From a virus (Duplodnaviria; Caudoviricetes), in IMG/VR virus record IMGVR_UViG_3300036975_000054, positions 1 through 43,752 of that record: a stretch of 43,752 bases of DNA; one strand, written 5' to 3'. The position numbers were made by a program, and so were the translations under genes. Shown piece by piece: positions 8,029-16,201 of the stretch (its first letter is position 1; each line of letters begins with the position of its first letter). The notes beneath the pieces were generated by a model, which saw nothing but the letters and a program-made list of their open reading frames with translations, was not told the DNA's origin and did no database searches.

Positions 8029-8919
8029 ATGACAAAGCAGCTACAGGCGCGGACCCTCGCGAGTTATCTGCCGGAGATGAGAGAGACTCTGAGGCAGCCA
8101 CTCGTGAGGATGAGCACCGGGATAGGTCTTCTGGATCACTTCCTCCGGGACTCGCACGAGGAGCATGGTGGCTTTGTCCAACCGTCCCTAGTTGTGATCG
8201 GGGCGGAACCTAAGATAGGGAAGAGCCTGCTGGGGCAGCAAATTGGCGAGCGACATGTCGCCGGAGGCAAGCTGAACTACACCTACTATGCCGACATGGA
8301 GAATGGCATTGTGCGATTCTACAAGAGGTTAGTAGGGCGTAGAGCGCGGGTGACCGGTGCAGAGCTGGCGGCTGGTCTACAGGAGGAAGCCGAGGCCAGG
8401 ATGATGGCCGCCGAGCACTGGCTAGAGCGGGGGCCTGGCCGGCGTTACTACTACATGAGCGGCCGCAGTCTGTCCCAGGCACGGCTCATCGATGAGTTGG
8501 AGATACTCGGGGAGGAAGTCCCGGAAGCGAGCATCCTCGTAATACTGGATAGCCTACAAAAACTACCCATGGAGCTCCGGGAGCGGCGCAGCGAGGTCGA
8601 CGAATGGCTTCGTGCATTGGAGGAGATCCGCGATCGGCAGAACGTTGTCATCATGGCCATCTCCGAGCTCCGCCGCCCGACTTTCGGGGCCGCGAAGAAG
8701 TACAGGGCTGGCGCCACCAGCTACAAGGAATCGGGAGATATTGAGTATACGGTAGATCTAGGCCTTGCCATGGAACGTCGGGACCCGAAGACGAAAGTTG
8801 TGACTCTGAGCATCACCCTGAATCGGGATGGCAACGACGGGGATGTCTGCGAGCTAGTACCAAACACGGCTTACACGAAGTTCGTTGATAGGCCTATCAA
8901 TCAGAAAAAGGAGAAATGA
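8029..8919 (+). CDS. DnaB-like (SF4) replicative helicase, RecA-fold core only
   Basis: Walker A GAEPKIGKS, DME, Walker B ILDSLQ, ISELRR, KESGDIEYTVD, LNRDG. Confidence 0.85.
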   Translation: MTKQLQARTLASYLPEMRETLRQPLVRMSTGIGLLDHFLRDSHEEHGGFVQPSLVVIGAEPKIGKSLLGQQIGERHVAGGKLNYTYYADMENGIVRFYKRLVGRRARVTGAELAAGLQEEAEARMMAAEHWLERGPGRRYYYMSGRSLSQARLIDELEILGEEVPEASILVILDSLQKLPMELRERRSEVDEWLRALEEIRDRQNVVIMAISELRRPTFGAAKKYRAGATSYKESGDIEYTVDLGLAMERRDPKTKVVTLSITLNRDGNDGDVCELVPNTAYTKFVDRPINQKKEK

Positions 8920-8923
8920 AGCT

Positions 8924-9580
8924 ATGACAGTCAAAAAGAGAAAGACCAAGGCCCAAGTCAGACGAGAGCTGGCCAGCGAGGAGCGTCTCGCCAGGGTCGA
9001 GCCAAGCATCAAACCGCTCGCCAAATGGTACGAGGTGGGAGTGCTAGACACCACCGAGGAGTATCAAGAGGCTGGCAAGGTATACAACTCAATCACGACG
9101 ATGCTGGATCAGATCGACGCCGACCGAAAGGAGATCACGCGGCACTTCGACGAGGGAAAGCGGCTCGTGATGGCCAAGTATGAACCCTCCGTTTCGGCGT
9201 TGAGCAAGCTCAAGCAGCATGTTGTCAAACTGCTTATCTCCTACGATGACACCGCTAGGGCGAAGGAGCTGGCCAGGAACGAGCGACGTGCGAAGGAAGC
9301 CGAGAAGCGCGGTGAGAAGGCACTCGCTATCACGCTGCGGGAAACTGACACGTACGAGTCACAGCCCAACGCCCATGTAGCTCTCCCCGGAACCTGGAAG
9401 GGGCAAGTGACGAGCATCAAGGATCTCTGCGCCGGGATAGCCTCTGGGGATTTGCCAGAAACCCTGATCAGTATCAAGGATGCCGAGCTCAATCGGCTCG
9501 CGAGGATGTACAAAGAGGACCTCGCAAAGCGGTATCCTGGGCTGAAGGCGGAGCTCGTGAAGCAAGTCCGGAGGAAGTGA
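8924..9580 (+). CDS. Coiled-coil phage protein typical of recombination modules
   Basis: IDADRKEITRHFDEGKRLV pattern; helical and charged. Confidence 0.6.
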   Translation: MTVKKRKTKAQVRRELASEERLARVEPSIKPLAKWYEVGVLDTTEEYQEAGKVYNSITTMLDQIDADRKEITRHFDEGKRLVMAKYEPSVSALSKLKQHVVKLLISYDDTARAKELARNERRAKEAEKRGEKALAITLRETDTYESQPNAHVALPGTWKGQVTSIKDLCAGIASGDLPETLISIKDAELNRLARMYKEDLAKRYPGLKAELVKQVRRK

Positions 9581-11271
9581 TGGCAAAGTCGTTCCCGCCT
9601 AGCCTAGTCCTCTACGACTACCCAGGGCGACCTGACTTGGCGACCATCTCGATTCCCTTCGATCGCGAGCTGCAGTCGCGCCTGCGGTCTGAGGCTCCTG
9701 GGTGTCGTTACGCGCCGGAGGTCGGGAAGGGGAAATGGGCCGGCCCCAGAGAGCTGAAAGGCACGATCGCCAGCATCGCTCTAGAACGAGGCCTGCAGTT
9801 CATCGACAAGACGAAGCCCATTCGCAAGCGAAGTGCCAAGCTCAAGAATCTGGACAAGCGGCTGTACAGCTATCAGGAACAGGGAGTGGGTCACATCCTC
9901 GATGCGAGGGGCTACATGCTTGCTTATGACACCGGCATGGGCAAAACACCTCCTACTTGTCAGGCACTGGCGACCGCGTCTCCGAAGAAGACGCTGATTG
10001 TGACGCCAGCAATGGTCAGGCTGCAGTGGATCGACGAAATCGAGAAGTGGTGGCCGAACCATCCAGAGGTGACCGTGGTCGAGACCGGCAAGCAAGCCAA
10101 GGAGGTTGCACAGTCGCCCGGACCGGTCACCGTCGTCAGCTACAACATGGCGGTCTACTTCAAGGATGCCAAATTCGATGCTTTGGTGGGCGACGAGTTC
10201 CACCATGTCATGAATCAAAAAGCGGCAATGTCAGCTGCTGTGTGCAAGATCTTTGAAAACAACCACGAGGGCCATCGCATTGCGTTGACGGCCACCCCAA
10301 TCATGACACGTCCGTGGCAGATCAGACACCAACTCCACTGCCTGTATCCGTACCGGTACGGGGGGCATTGGGCGTTTGCGGAGCGCTACTGCAAGATGGT
10401 CTTGAACGAGCATGGGCGCGGGCGTAGGGTGGAAACGTCGGATGGGGAGGTCTACTACGAACCCGCACTGAAGCCAGAGGGAATTGATCCTGAGTTCGCC
10501 AGCGAGCTCCAGATGCGCCTGTCTCTTGTCATGCAGCGGGTGACCAAAGAGGAATACGGCCATCTACTTCCTAAGTGGAACATCACGCCGATCAAGGTAG
10601 CAGCCAGTCGTAAATCGGCCAAGGTGATGCGTGCCTTCCGGGCCGCCAGGAAGGCATCCGACCTCAAAGACAGCATGATCGCCGATCTCACCTCGGAGAA
10701 GATGTCGGCCTCTTGTGACTGGATCAAGAATGCCCTGATCAACAACTCCCATGTGCTGGTGATGACCCACTTGAAGCACACGGCGCAGGAGATCGGGGGA
10801 CGGATTCGGTCGTCAACACGCAATGTTCTGGTGCGTAACATCGACGGGGACCTGAGCCCAAAGAGGCGCGGAAAGGCCATCGAGGAGGTGCTGGCGTCTC
10901 CGGCTGGGGTGCTCATCACTACCATGCATGCCGTCAAGGAGGGTCTCAATAGCCTAGTAGGATTCGATCAGGCACTGCTCGCCGAGCTCTATTGGAGCCC
11001 AGGGACTATGTCCCAGGTGCTCGGTCGTCTGTACCGGGTGAACGGGGCCTGCAACGTAGCAATCCTCGTGGTCCAGGGGACAGTCGAGGAGAGCATCGCT
11101 TGGACCTTGCAGAAGCGAATGAGGGATATTGGGAAGGCTGTCAGCGCCGGATCGGCGGAGAAGAAGTTGTCTGCAGCCTTCGACGAAGTGAACAACGAAG
11201 AGGATGAATTCCAGGCATTGAAACAAATGGCTGCGAGCCAGCTCGTGGCCGACGAGTACGGAGCGATCTGA
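9580..11271 (+). CDS. SNF2-family (SF2) helicase/translocase
   Basis: DTGMGKT, IVTPA, DEFH, LTATP, EGLN, QVLGRLYR motifs. Confidence 0.9.
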   Translation: MAKSFPPSLVLYDYPGRPDLATISIPFDRELQSRLRSEAPGCRYAPEVGKGKWAGPRELKGTIASIALERGLQFIDKTKPIRKRSAKLKNLDKRLYSYQEQGVGHILDARGYMLAYDTGMGKTPPTCQALATASPKKTLIVTPAMVRLQWIDEIEKWWPNHPEVTVVETGKQAKEVAQSPGPVTVVSYNMAVYFKDAKFDALVGDEFHHVMNQKAAMSAAVCKIFENNHEGHRIALTATPIMTRPWQIRHQLHCLYPYRYGGHWAFAERYCKMVLNEHGRGRRVETSDGEVYYEPALKPEGIDPEFASELQMRLSLVMQRVTKEEYGHLLPKWNITPIKVAASRKSAKVMRAFRAARKASDLKDSMIADLTSEKMSASCDWIKNALINNSHVLVMTHLKHTAQEIGGRIRSSTRNVLVRNIDGDLSPKRRGKAIEEVLASPAGVLITTMHAVKEGLNSLVGFDQALLAELYWSPGTMSQVLGRLYRVNGACNVAILVVQGTVEESIAWTLQKRMRDIGKAVSAGSAEKKLSAAFDEVNNEEDEFQALKQMAASQLVADEYGAI

Positions 11272-11403
11272 TGATACAGAGGACATTTTTCCCAGTAGGC
11301 AGGGACCAGAGGAAGCCAGACCTGGAGTACCTTTCGTGCCTCACAAGAGGGGGTCACATTGGAAAAGGACGGTGGAAATCGCCGAGGAGAGGGGAGGGTG
11401 GAA

Positions 11404-11628
11404 ATGAGTGATCCAAAAAAGCCAGGCTATCACTTCCTGCCGGATAAATTCTGGCGCTGCTTCCAACAGGGCGCGAACCCAGAGGAGCAGGGTGCCATTC
11501 GCGACGATGAGAACGAAGGATGGTGGGTTCCTGACGAGGAGCTCTACAAGGACAAGGACTACACTCTGCCGGAGGATGAAGTCACAGTGGGCGGCTTAGA
11601 CAGACGAGCGAAGAGGGAGAAGCCATGA
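11404..11628 (+). CDS. Hypothetical protein
   Basis: GGAGG RBS; stop overlaps the next start. Confidence 0.55.
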   Translation: MSDPKKPGYHFLPDKFWRCFQQGANPEEQGAIRDDENEGWWVPDEELYKDKDYTLPEDEVTVGGLDRRAKREKP

Positions 11629-11837
11629 GTAACGAAGGCAGAGCACACTGGCTCGATGAGTATGAGGTGGTATCATTAGGTGATCCAATAGCGTTCGATC
11701 AGAAAAGCCCTAACCCAGTCATTCGCTACGAGAGCGGGTGGTATTTCTGGGATGAGTGTTGGGTTACGGCCAAAGGACCATATGAGAGCATGGAGAAGGC
11801 CAATAAGGCATGTGCTGAATATGCGAGTACGCTATGA
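11625..11837 (+). CDS. Hypothetical protein
   Basis: GGAG RBS; GWYFWDE...GPYES. Confidence 0.65.
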   Translation: MSNEGRAHWLDEYEVVSLGDPIAFDQKSPNPVIRYESGWYFWDECWVTAKGPYESMEKANKACAEYASTL

Positions 11838-12700
11838 GAAGTCCTCCACCGAAGAAACCTTCCAGAGGTCTCGTGATCCCCGTGCACACCGGTGGCAGCG
11901 GAATGGGGCTCACCACCTACGAGTCGATCCTCGAGTGCCCACGCCGGTACTGGCTCGACAGGCAACTCGCCGAGAAGGGGTTGCCGACGTCCAGCGACAA
12001 CGAGCACACGATGATGGGCACCTGTGGTCACGGTCTGCTTGGTAAGTACTACACCAAAGGCCAGCGTTTCGTACTGGACAACGTGGTGTACAAGGACGTC
12101 GCGGGTGGAGAGTGGAGCCCCCCAGCCAAGTCCATGTTCAGGGCCCAGCGGTTGGTGCGCCATTACATGGCGAAGTACCCGCCCAACGAGTTCACCGTTG
12201 TTGCCGTGGAGAAGCTTTACAGCGTCTGGGATGCCCCGTGGAAACCCAAAGGAGTCCGGCTGACTGCGCAGATAGACTTAGAGATCAAGCTGACCAAAGC
12301 GCAAGCCACGAAGATGGGGGCCAAGCGTCACTTGCTGCTCGAGCCAGGCTATTACATCCTGGACCACAAGTTCCATACGCAGAATCGCTCGGACTTGAAC
12401 GACCGACATGTTATGAGCCTGCAGCTCGAAGGGTACGGGCTCATCTGGCAACACGAACATCCACGCCGCAAGCTTCAGGGCCGCCTGGTGAACATGCTGA
12501 TCGATGGCAGCACGCCGAGATTCAGGATGCTATTCCTCCCACCTCCAGATGAAGCGTCCGAAGCCCGGGTTAGGAATCTGTTGCAGGTTGCGAGCCAGTC
12601 AATCCTACGGGAGCCTCCCGAGGCCCGCGGGAATGCATGTGTGTCCAAGTGGGGCGAGATCTGCGCCCATTACTCTGCCGGAAGGTGTTTGAGGTATTGA
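11834..12700 (+). CDS. PD-(D/E)xK Cas4/RecB-like exonuclease
   Basis: ECPRRYW, GTCGH, E..ID..DHK, QLEGY and three C-terminal Cys (possible Fe-S staple). Confidence 0.8.
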   Translation: MRSPPPKKPSRGLVIPVHTGGSGMGLTTYESILECPRRYWLDRQLAEKGLPTSSDNEHTMMGTCGHGLLGKYYTKGQRFVLDNVVYKDVAGGEWSPPAKSMFRAQRLVRHYMAKYPPNEFTVVAVEKLYSVWDAPWKPKGVRLTAQIDLEIKLTKAQATKMGAKRHLLLEPGYYILDHKFHTQNRSDLNDRHVMSLQLEGYGLIWQHEHPRRKLQGRLVNMLIDGSTPRFRMLFLPPPDEASEARVRNLLQVASQSILREPPEARGNACVSKWGEICAHYSAGRCLRY

Positions 12701-12702
12701 AG

Positions 12703-12900
12703 ATGATTACCAGCTGCATAGGATGCAAGCATTACGACAAGGAGTTCAATGAGGAGCCTTGTGTCTCTTGTGTGGATTATACAACAATGACTAGGGCTCT
12801 CTATGAAACAATCAATGGGAAAAAGCACTTCAGCAAAATGCCAGGCAGGTGCAAGATAGTGGATAAAGGCACTTATTACGCCACGGAGGAGATCGACTGA
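12703..12900 (+). CDS. Small CxxC-PCxxC protein
   Basis: GAGG RBS; SCIGC...PCVSC. Confidence 0.6.
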   Translation: MITSCIGCKHYDKEFNEEPCVSCVDYTTMTRALYETINGKKHFSKMPGRCKIVDKGTYYATEEID

Positions 12901-13166
12901 TGGCTTCCTCGGCACGCAGAGCATCCTGGCTGTCTTATGATGCCAAACGCAAGCGCACGGCTCGCAGGCTAATGAAGGAACGGGCCAGGGACGCCGTGCG
13001 CCGGGCCAGATATCAGAAGACAGGTCAGTGCGAATATTGTGGCCGGCGCGGAGCGACTGTGTGGCATCACTTGGATTATCGATGTCCATTGTTCGTGGAC
13101 GAAGTCTGCCCTGAGTGCCACAGAAGGCTGCATCCTCGAAGAGTGAATGGAGGAAAAGTGAGATGA
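12900..13166 (+). CDS. HNH-like endonuclease
   Basis: CEYCG...WHHLDY...VCPECHRRLH. Confidence 0.75.
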   Translation: MASSARRASWLSYDAKRKRTARRLMKERARDAVRRARYQKTGQCEYCGRRGATVWHHLDYRCPLFVDEVCPECHRRLHPRRVNGGKVR

Positions 13167-13996
13167 GCGAGCTCATCAGATCATGCTTGGATTGTGCATA
13201 CAGAAACGTGCATCCTAGTAACTCACCATGTGTGTCGTGTATAAACGACAGGAATCATCCTAGTTGGGTGCTCAGGGGACAGGGAGATGCTCCTGGTCAG
13301 AGATCGTGTGATACTTGTTTCTGTCAGACACTAGGATGGAGAAGGATCACGAGTGTTTGTGCTGACTGCATAAGGTACAGCAATTGGACTCCAAAGGAGC
13401 CAACAACGGATGTCGTGAGGTGGACTCCATCAAAGAGAAGCGACACCGTTAAGTGCGACGCCTGTGGCAAAGAGATTCCATTAGTCGAAGGGTACACCGA
13501 GTGTAGTACATCCGATATGCGGTTGCTATGTAAGGATTGTTTCGTTGCCCTTCCACATTCCAACAAAGCCCCCTCGGAGAAAAGGCCATCATTCAGACAG
13601 ATCTACATGCGTATGGCACACGAGCTCTCCCAGCGATCCACGTGCCGGCGCTTGCAGGTCGGGTGTGTAATCGCATCTACTGACTTCCGCAAAGTTCTGT
13701 CGGTTGGCTACAACGGTAATGCGTCAGGTCTAGCCAATGACTGCGACAGCGACGAGGTGGGCAACTGTGGGTGTCTACATGCCGAGGAGAATGCAGTAAT
13801 CAACTGCGATTCGCCACGTTCAGCCGAAAAGATTGTCTTCGTCACCCACCTGCCTTGTGTTATGTGCACGAAGCGACTTATCAACCTCGGCAACGTGTGC
13901 ACGGTTTACTTCGCCAAAGAGTATCGCGATCAAAGAGCCATCGAGATTTTCAACTCGGCGGCGATCACAGTAACCCGTTTCTCAGTTGACGAATAA
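13163..13996 (+). CDS. dCMP deaminase (ComEB/cytidine deaminase fold) with Cys-rich N-terminal extension
   Basis: STCRRLQVGCVI, GYNG, HAEENA, PCVMC; GGAGG RBS before ATG 13163. Confidence 0.9.
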   Translation: MSELIRSCLDCAYRNVHPSNSPCVSCINDRNHPSWVLRGQGDAPGQRSCDTCFCQTLGWRRITSVCADCIRYSNWTPKEPTTDVVRWTPSKRSDTVKCDACGKEIPLVEGYTECSTSDMRLLCKDCFVALPHSNKAPSEKRPSFRQIYMRMAHELSQRSTCRRLQVGCVIASTDFRKVLSVGYNGNASGLANDCDSDEVGNCGCLHAEENAVINCDSPRSAEKIVFVTHLPCVMCTKRLINLGNVCTVYFAKEYRDQRAIEIFNSAAITVTRFSVDE

Positions 13997-14014
13997 TAAC
14001 GACCCGACTACTAT
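13986..14014 (+). promoter_or_regulatory. sigma70-type promoter for the ATPase-SSB-polymerase genes
   Basis: TTGACG-17 nt-TACTAT, followed by AAGGAG RBS and ATG 14035. Confidence 0.7.
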
Positions 14015-14034
14015 TCACAAAGGAGCTCTCGAAA

Positions 14035-14907
14035 ATGGCAAAACCGGTAACAAAGAAGCCTACCAGGGCGAAGCCATCGACTGCAAAGGGTGGCCTTCCA
14101 GATGGAGTCACCTATACAGACGACGACACAGATGATCAAGAAGTAATGCTCATCGTTGGTAAGATTGGCGCGGGCAAGACCTTCACAGCGGTATCTGCTT
14201 CCCAATGTCGCACCAAGCCAACAGGTAAAGAGCCTAAGATGACTGACCTGGAGGACATGTTCTGGGGTGAGGCAGATTCCAGGGCAGGCGCTGGATTCAA
14301 ACACAACAACCTGCGAGTGCGCCGCTACAACTTCGCGAAGGAGATGTCACGTACTGGTAAAAGCATCACCTACGTTATCCAGAAGTTCATGGAGAAGGTG
14401 GCTCAGCTATGGCACCCGGACTTGAAGGTGGTAATCGATACCATCACCGGCCTGGATGCTCTCATGTTCAACGACAACTTCAAGAAGTATCGCAATCACC
14501 CAAACCACCACGAGGTCTACAAGCAGAACTTGGGCGATCATTCCATCCTCTCACAGGACCTGAAAGCACTCGGCGCCCATCTCATCTATTGTTGTCACGG
14601 GCGTGCATTCACTGGTGACTCTGACAAAGAGATGACCGTCAAGCTCGTCGGTGGTGGGGAAATGGTGCCTGACATAACCGGTCAAGCTCCTAAGTTCTAC
14701 AAGCGCGATGCCTCCCTACAGATGGGTATACAGGTGCGTCGCCCACCGAAGTCGAAGGCAATAGTACGCACCCTCCTGTTCGGGGTCGAGGCGGACGCTA
14801 ACAACATAGAGGGAAAGAATCGCTACGAGGGACTGTTGCCGGATAGCATGAGCCCACCGGATTTGAAGAAGGTGTTCGAGATCATCAAGAAAGGGAGATC
14901 ACAATGA
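14035..14907 (+). CDS. P-loop ATPase (AAA_24/Sak4-like)
   Basis: Walker A GKIGAGKT, Walker B VVIDTIT, CCH, GKNR. Confidence 0.75.
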   Translation: MAKPVTKKPTRAKPSTAKGGLPDGVTYTDDDTDDQEVMLIVGKIGAGKTFTAVSASQCRTKPTGKEPKMTDLEDMFWGEADSRAGAGFKHNNLRVRRYNFAKEMSRTGKSITYVIQKFMEKVAQLWHPDLKVVIDTITGLDALMFNDNFKKYRNHPNHHEVYKQNLGDHSILSQDLKALGAHLIYCCHGRAFTGDSDKEMTVKLVGGGEMVPDITGQAPKFYKRDASLQMGIQVRRPPKSKAIVRTLLFGVEADANNIEGKNRYEGLLPDSMSPPDLKKVFEIIKKGRSQ

Positions 14908-15221
14908 GTGGTCGGGTGGTCAATCTCGGGCGTGACGCCGATTACCTCGATGGCTTCTCGGCGGCCCTTTCAATGGTCGAGAAGCTCATGATGGAACGCT
15001 TACGGAAGCTGCAAAACAGCCGGGAGCGCCTCAAGGCACCGAAGACCCGCAAGCAAGGATTGAAATGGCAGAAGGAGCACGATGAGCTAGCGGCTAAGAT
15101 CAACGAGTTAACTGTCCTCGCCAGCATGATCAAAAGAGAGCTGGAGGACATATCAAAAAACGGGGCCCGCCCCAAAGATCAGGAGATCGAAAGTGAGTCG
15201 ACGAGTACCGAAACCAACTGA
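14904..15221 (+). CDS. Coiled-coil hypothetical protein
   Basis: ATGA coupling; GGGAG RBS. Confidence 0.6.
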   Translation: MSGRVVNLGRDADYLDGFSAALSMVEKLMMERLRKLQNSRERLKAPKTRKQGLKWQKEHDELAAKINELTVLASMIKRELEDISKNGARPKDQEIESESTSTETN

Positions 15222-15927
15222 TATCAGCTACAACAAGAAGGACATCCGAAAGGCAGCCACCAGGCAGACATTGCCACGCGGCCTGCACTATTTCGGACAC
15301 GTGGAGGCCAAAAACCAGGTGATCGAGAAGGGGGACTACGAGGGCTCCATTATCTGTCGGGTCCGTTGTGTGGCCTTCAAGAATCCGGAAGACACCAACA
15401 GCAAGGTGCGTCCGGCGATGCGCGATTCGCTGTGGTTCCCCTTCAATAACCCGGACGTCCCCGGACACAAGGCCCCCGATTTCGCAGCTAGGTTGGCCCA
15501 TGAGTACTTGCATGCATGCTTCGAGGATGAGATCCCGGACATGCCACACAAGGACGAGGATGGAAATCTCGTGTTCCAGGGCGAGATCGTGGCGGAAGCC
15601 GGCGATGAAAACATGAGTGTCATCGAGCAAGAGAAGCGCGACGAGGCCATGGAGCTCGTGTACGACAAGTGTCGAGACATCCTGGGCGACGCCAGCATCC
15701 TGCTACCAGCCAACTTCTACGGCGAGGTGGGGCCCGATAAAAAAACCGGGCAGTACACCAACATCCTCGGCAAGTACTGCGAGGTCCCCGAGGATATGGA
15801 CCTCTACGACTGGTCGGCCCACGAGACGGAAGAGGCTGACGAAGTAGAGGAAGAAGAGGAAGTCGAGGAGGAGGCTCCAGCTCCCCGGCGGTCCAAGAAA
15901 AAGAAGACCAGCAAGAAGCGTCGCTGA
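15193..15927 (+). CDS. Putative ssDNA-binding protein
   Basis: Lies between the Sak4-like ATPase and the polymerase; long acidic C-terminal tract. Function inferred from context only. Confidence 0.5.
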   Translation: MSRRVPKPTDISYNKKDIRKAATRQTLPRGLHYFGHVEAKNQVIEKGDYEGSIICRVRCVAFKNPEDTNSKVRPAMRDSLWFPFNNPDVPGHKAPDFAARLAHEYLHACFEDEIPDMPHKDEDGNLVFQGEIVAEAGDENMSVIEQEKRDEAMELVYDKCRDILGDASILLPANFYGEVGPDKKTGQYTNILGKYCEVPEDMDLYDWSAHETEEADEVEEEEEVEEEAPAPRRSKKKKTSKKRR

Positions 15928-15938
15928 GGTGACACGCC

Positions 15939-16115
15939 ATGGGTACAAACGCAAACGTGAGCGTAGGGGGTATTGGCCTCTTCGGAATGCTAATAGTCCT
16001 CGGGCTACTTGGAGTTGGCCCTTGTGCAAAGTCTTGCTCGGGGTGTGGACCAACCCCAGAGGACATCTACCGGAGCGTCAAATGTGATCAGGAAGCGTCG
16101 CTAATCCTCCCGTAG
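15939..16115 (+). CDS. Small membrane protein (58 aa), moron-like
   Basis: GAGGT RBS; TM GGIGLFGMLIVLGLLGVG then CAKSCSGC. Absent from the ORF track. Confidence 0.55.
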   Translation: MGTNANVSVGGIGLFGMLIVLGLLGVGPCAKSCSGCGPTPEDIYRSVKCDQEASLILP

Positions 16116-16123
16116 CGACGTCA

Positions 16124-16179
16124 GGTGGCCCTGGCAGGTTTTCCTTTTCGGAGGGCTCCTTTTCCCTGTCAGGGTCACC
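16124..16179 (+). other. Long RNA stem-loop in the polymerase 5' region
   Basis: GGTGGCCCTGGCAGG / CCTGTCAGGGTCACC (15 bp, two G-U pairs on the + strand) enclosing CCTT(TTCG)GAGG. Confidence 0.65.
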
Positions 16180-16201
16180 ACTTCCCACAGAGGTGATAGC
16201 A

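Noticed and set aside
11834-12700. Cas4-like gene as evidence of a CRISPR-Cas system
   Set aside because: No repeat-spacer array or other cas genes seen; solo Cas4-like nucleases are common in phage replication modules.
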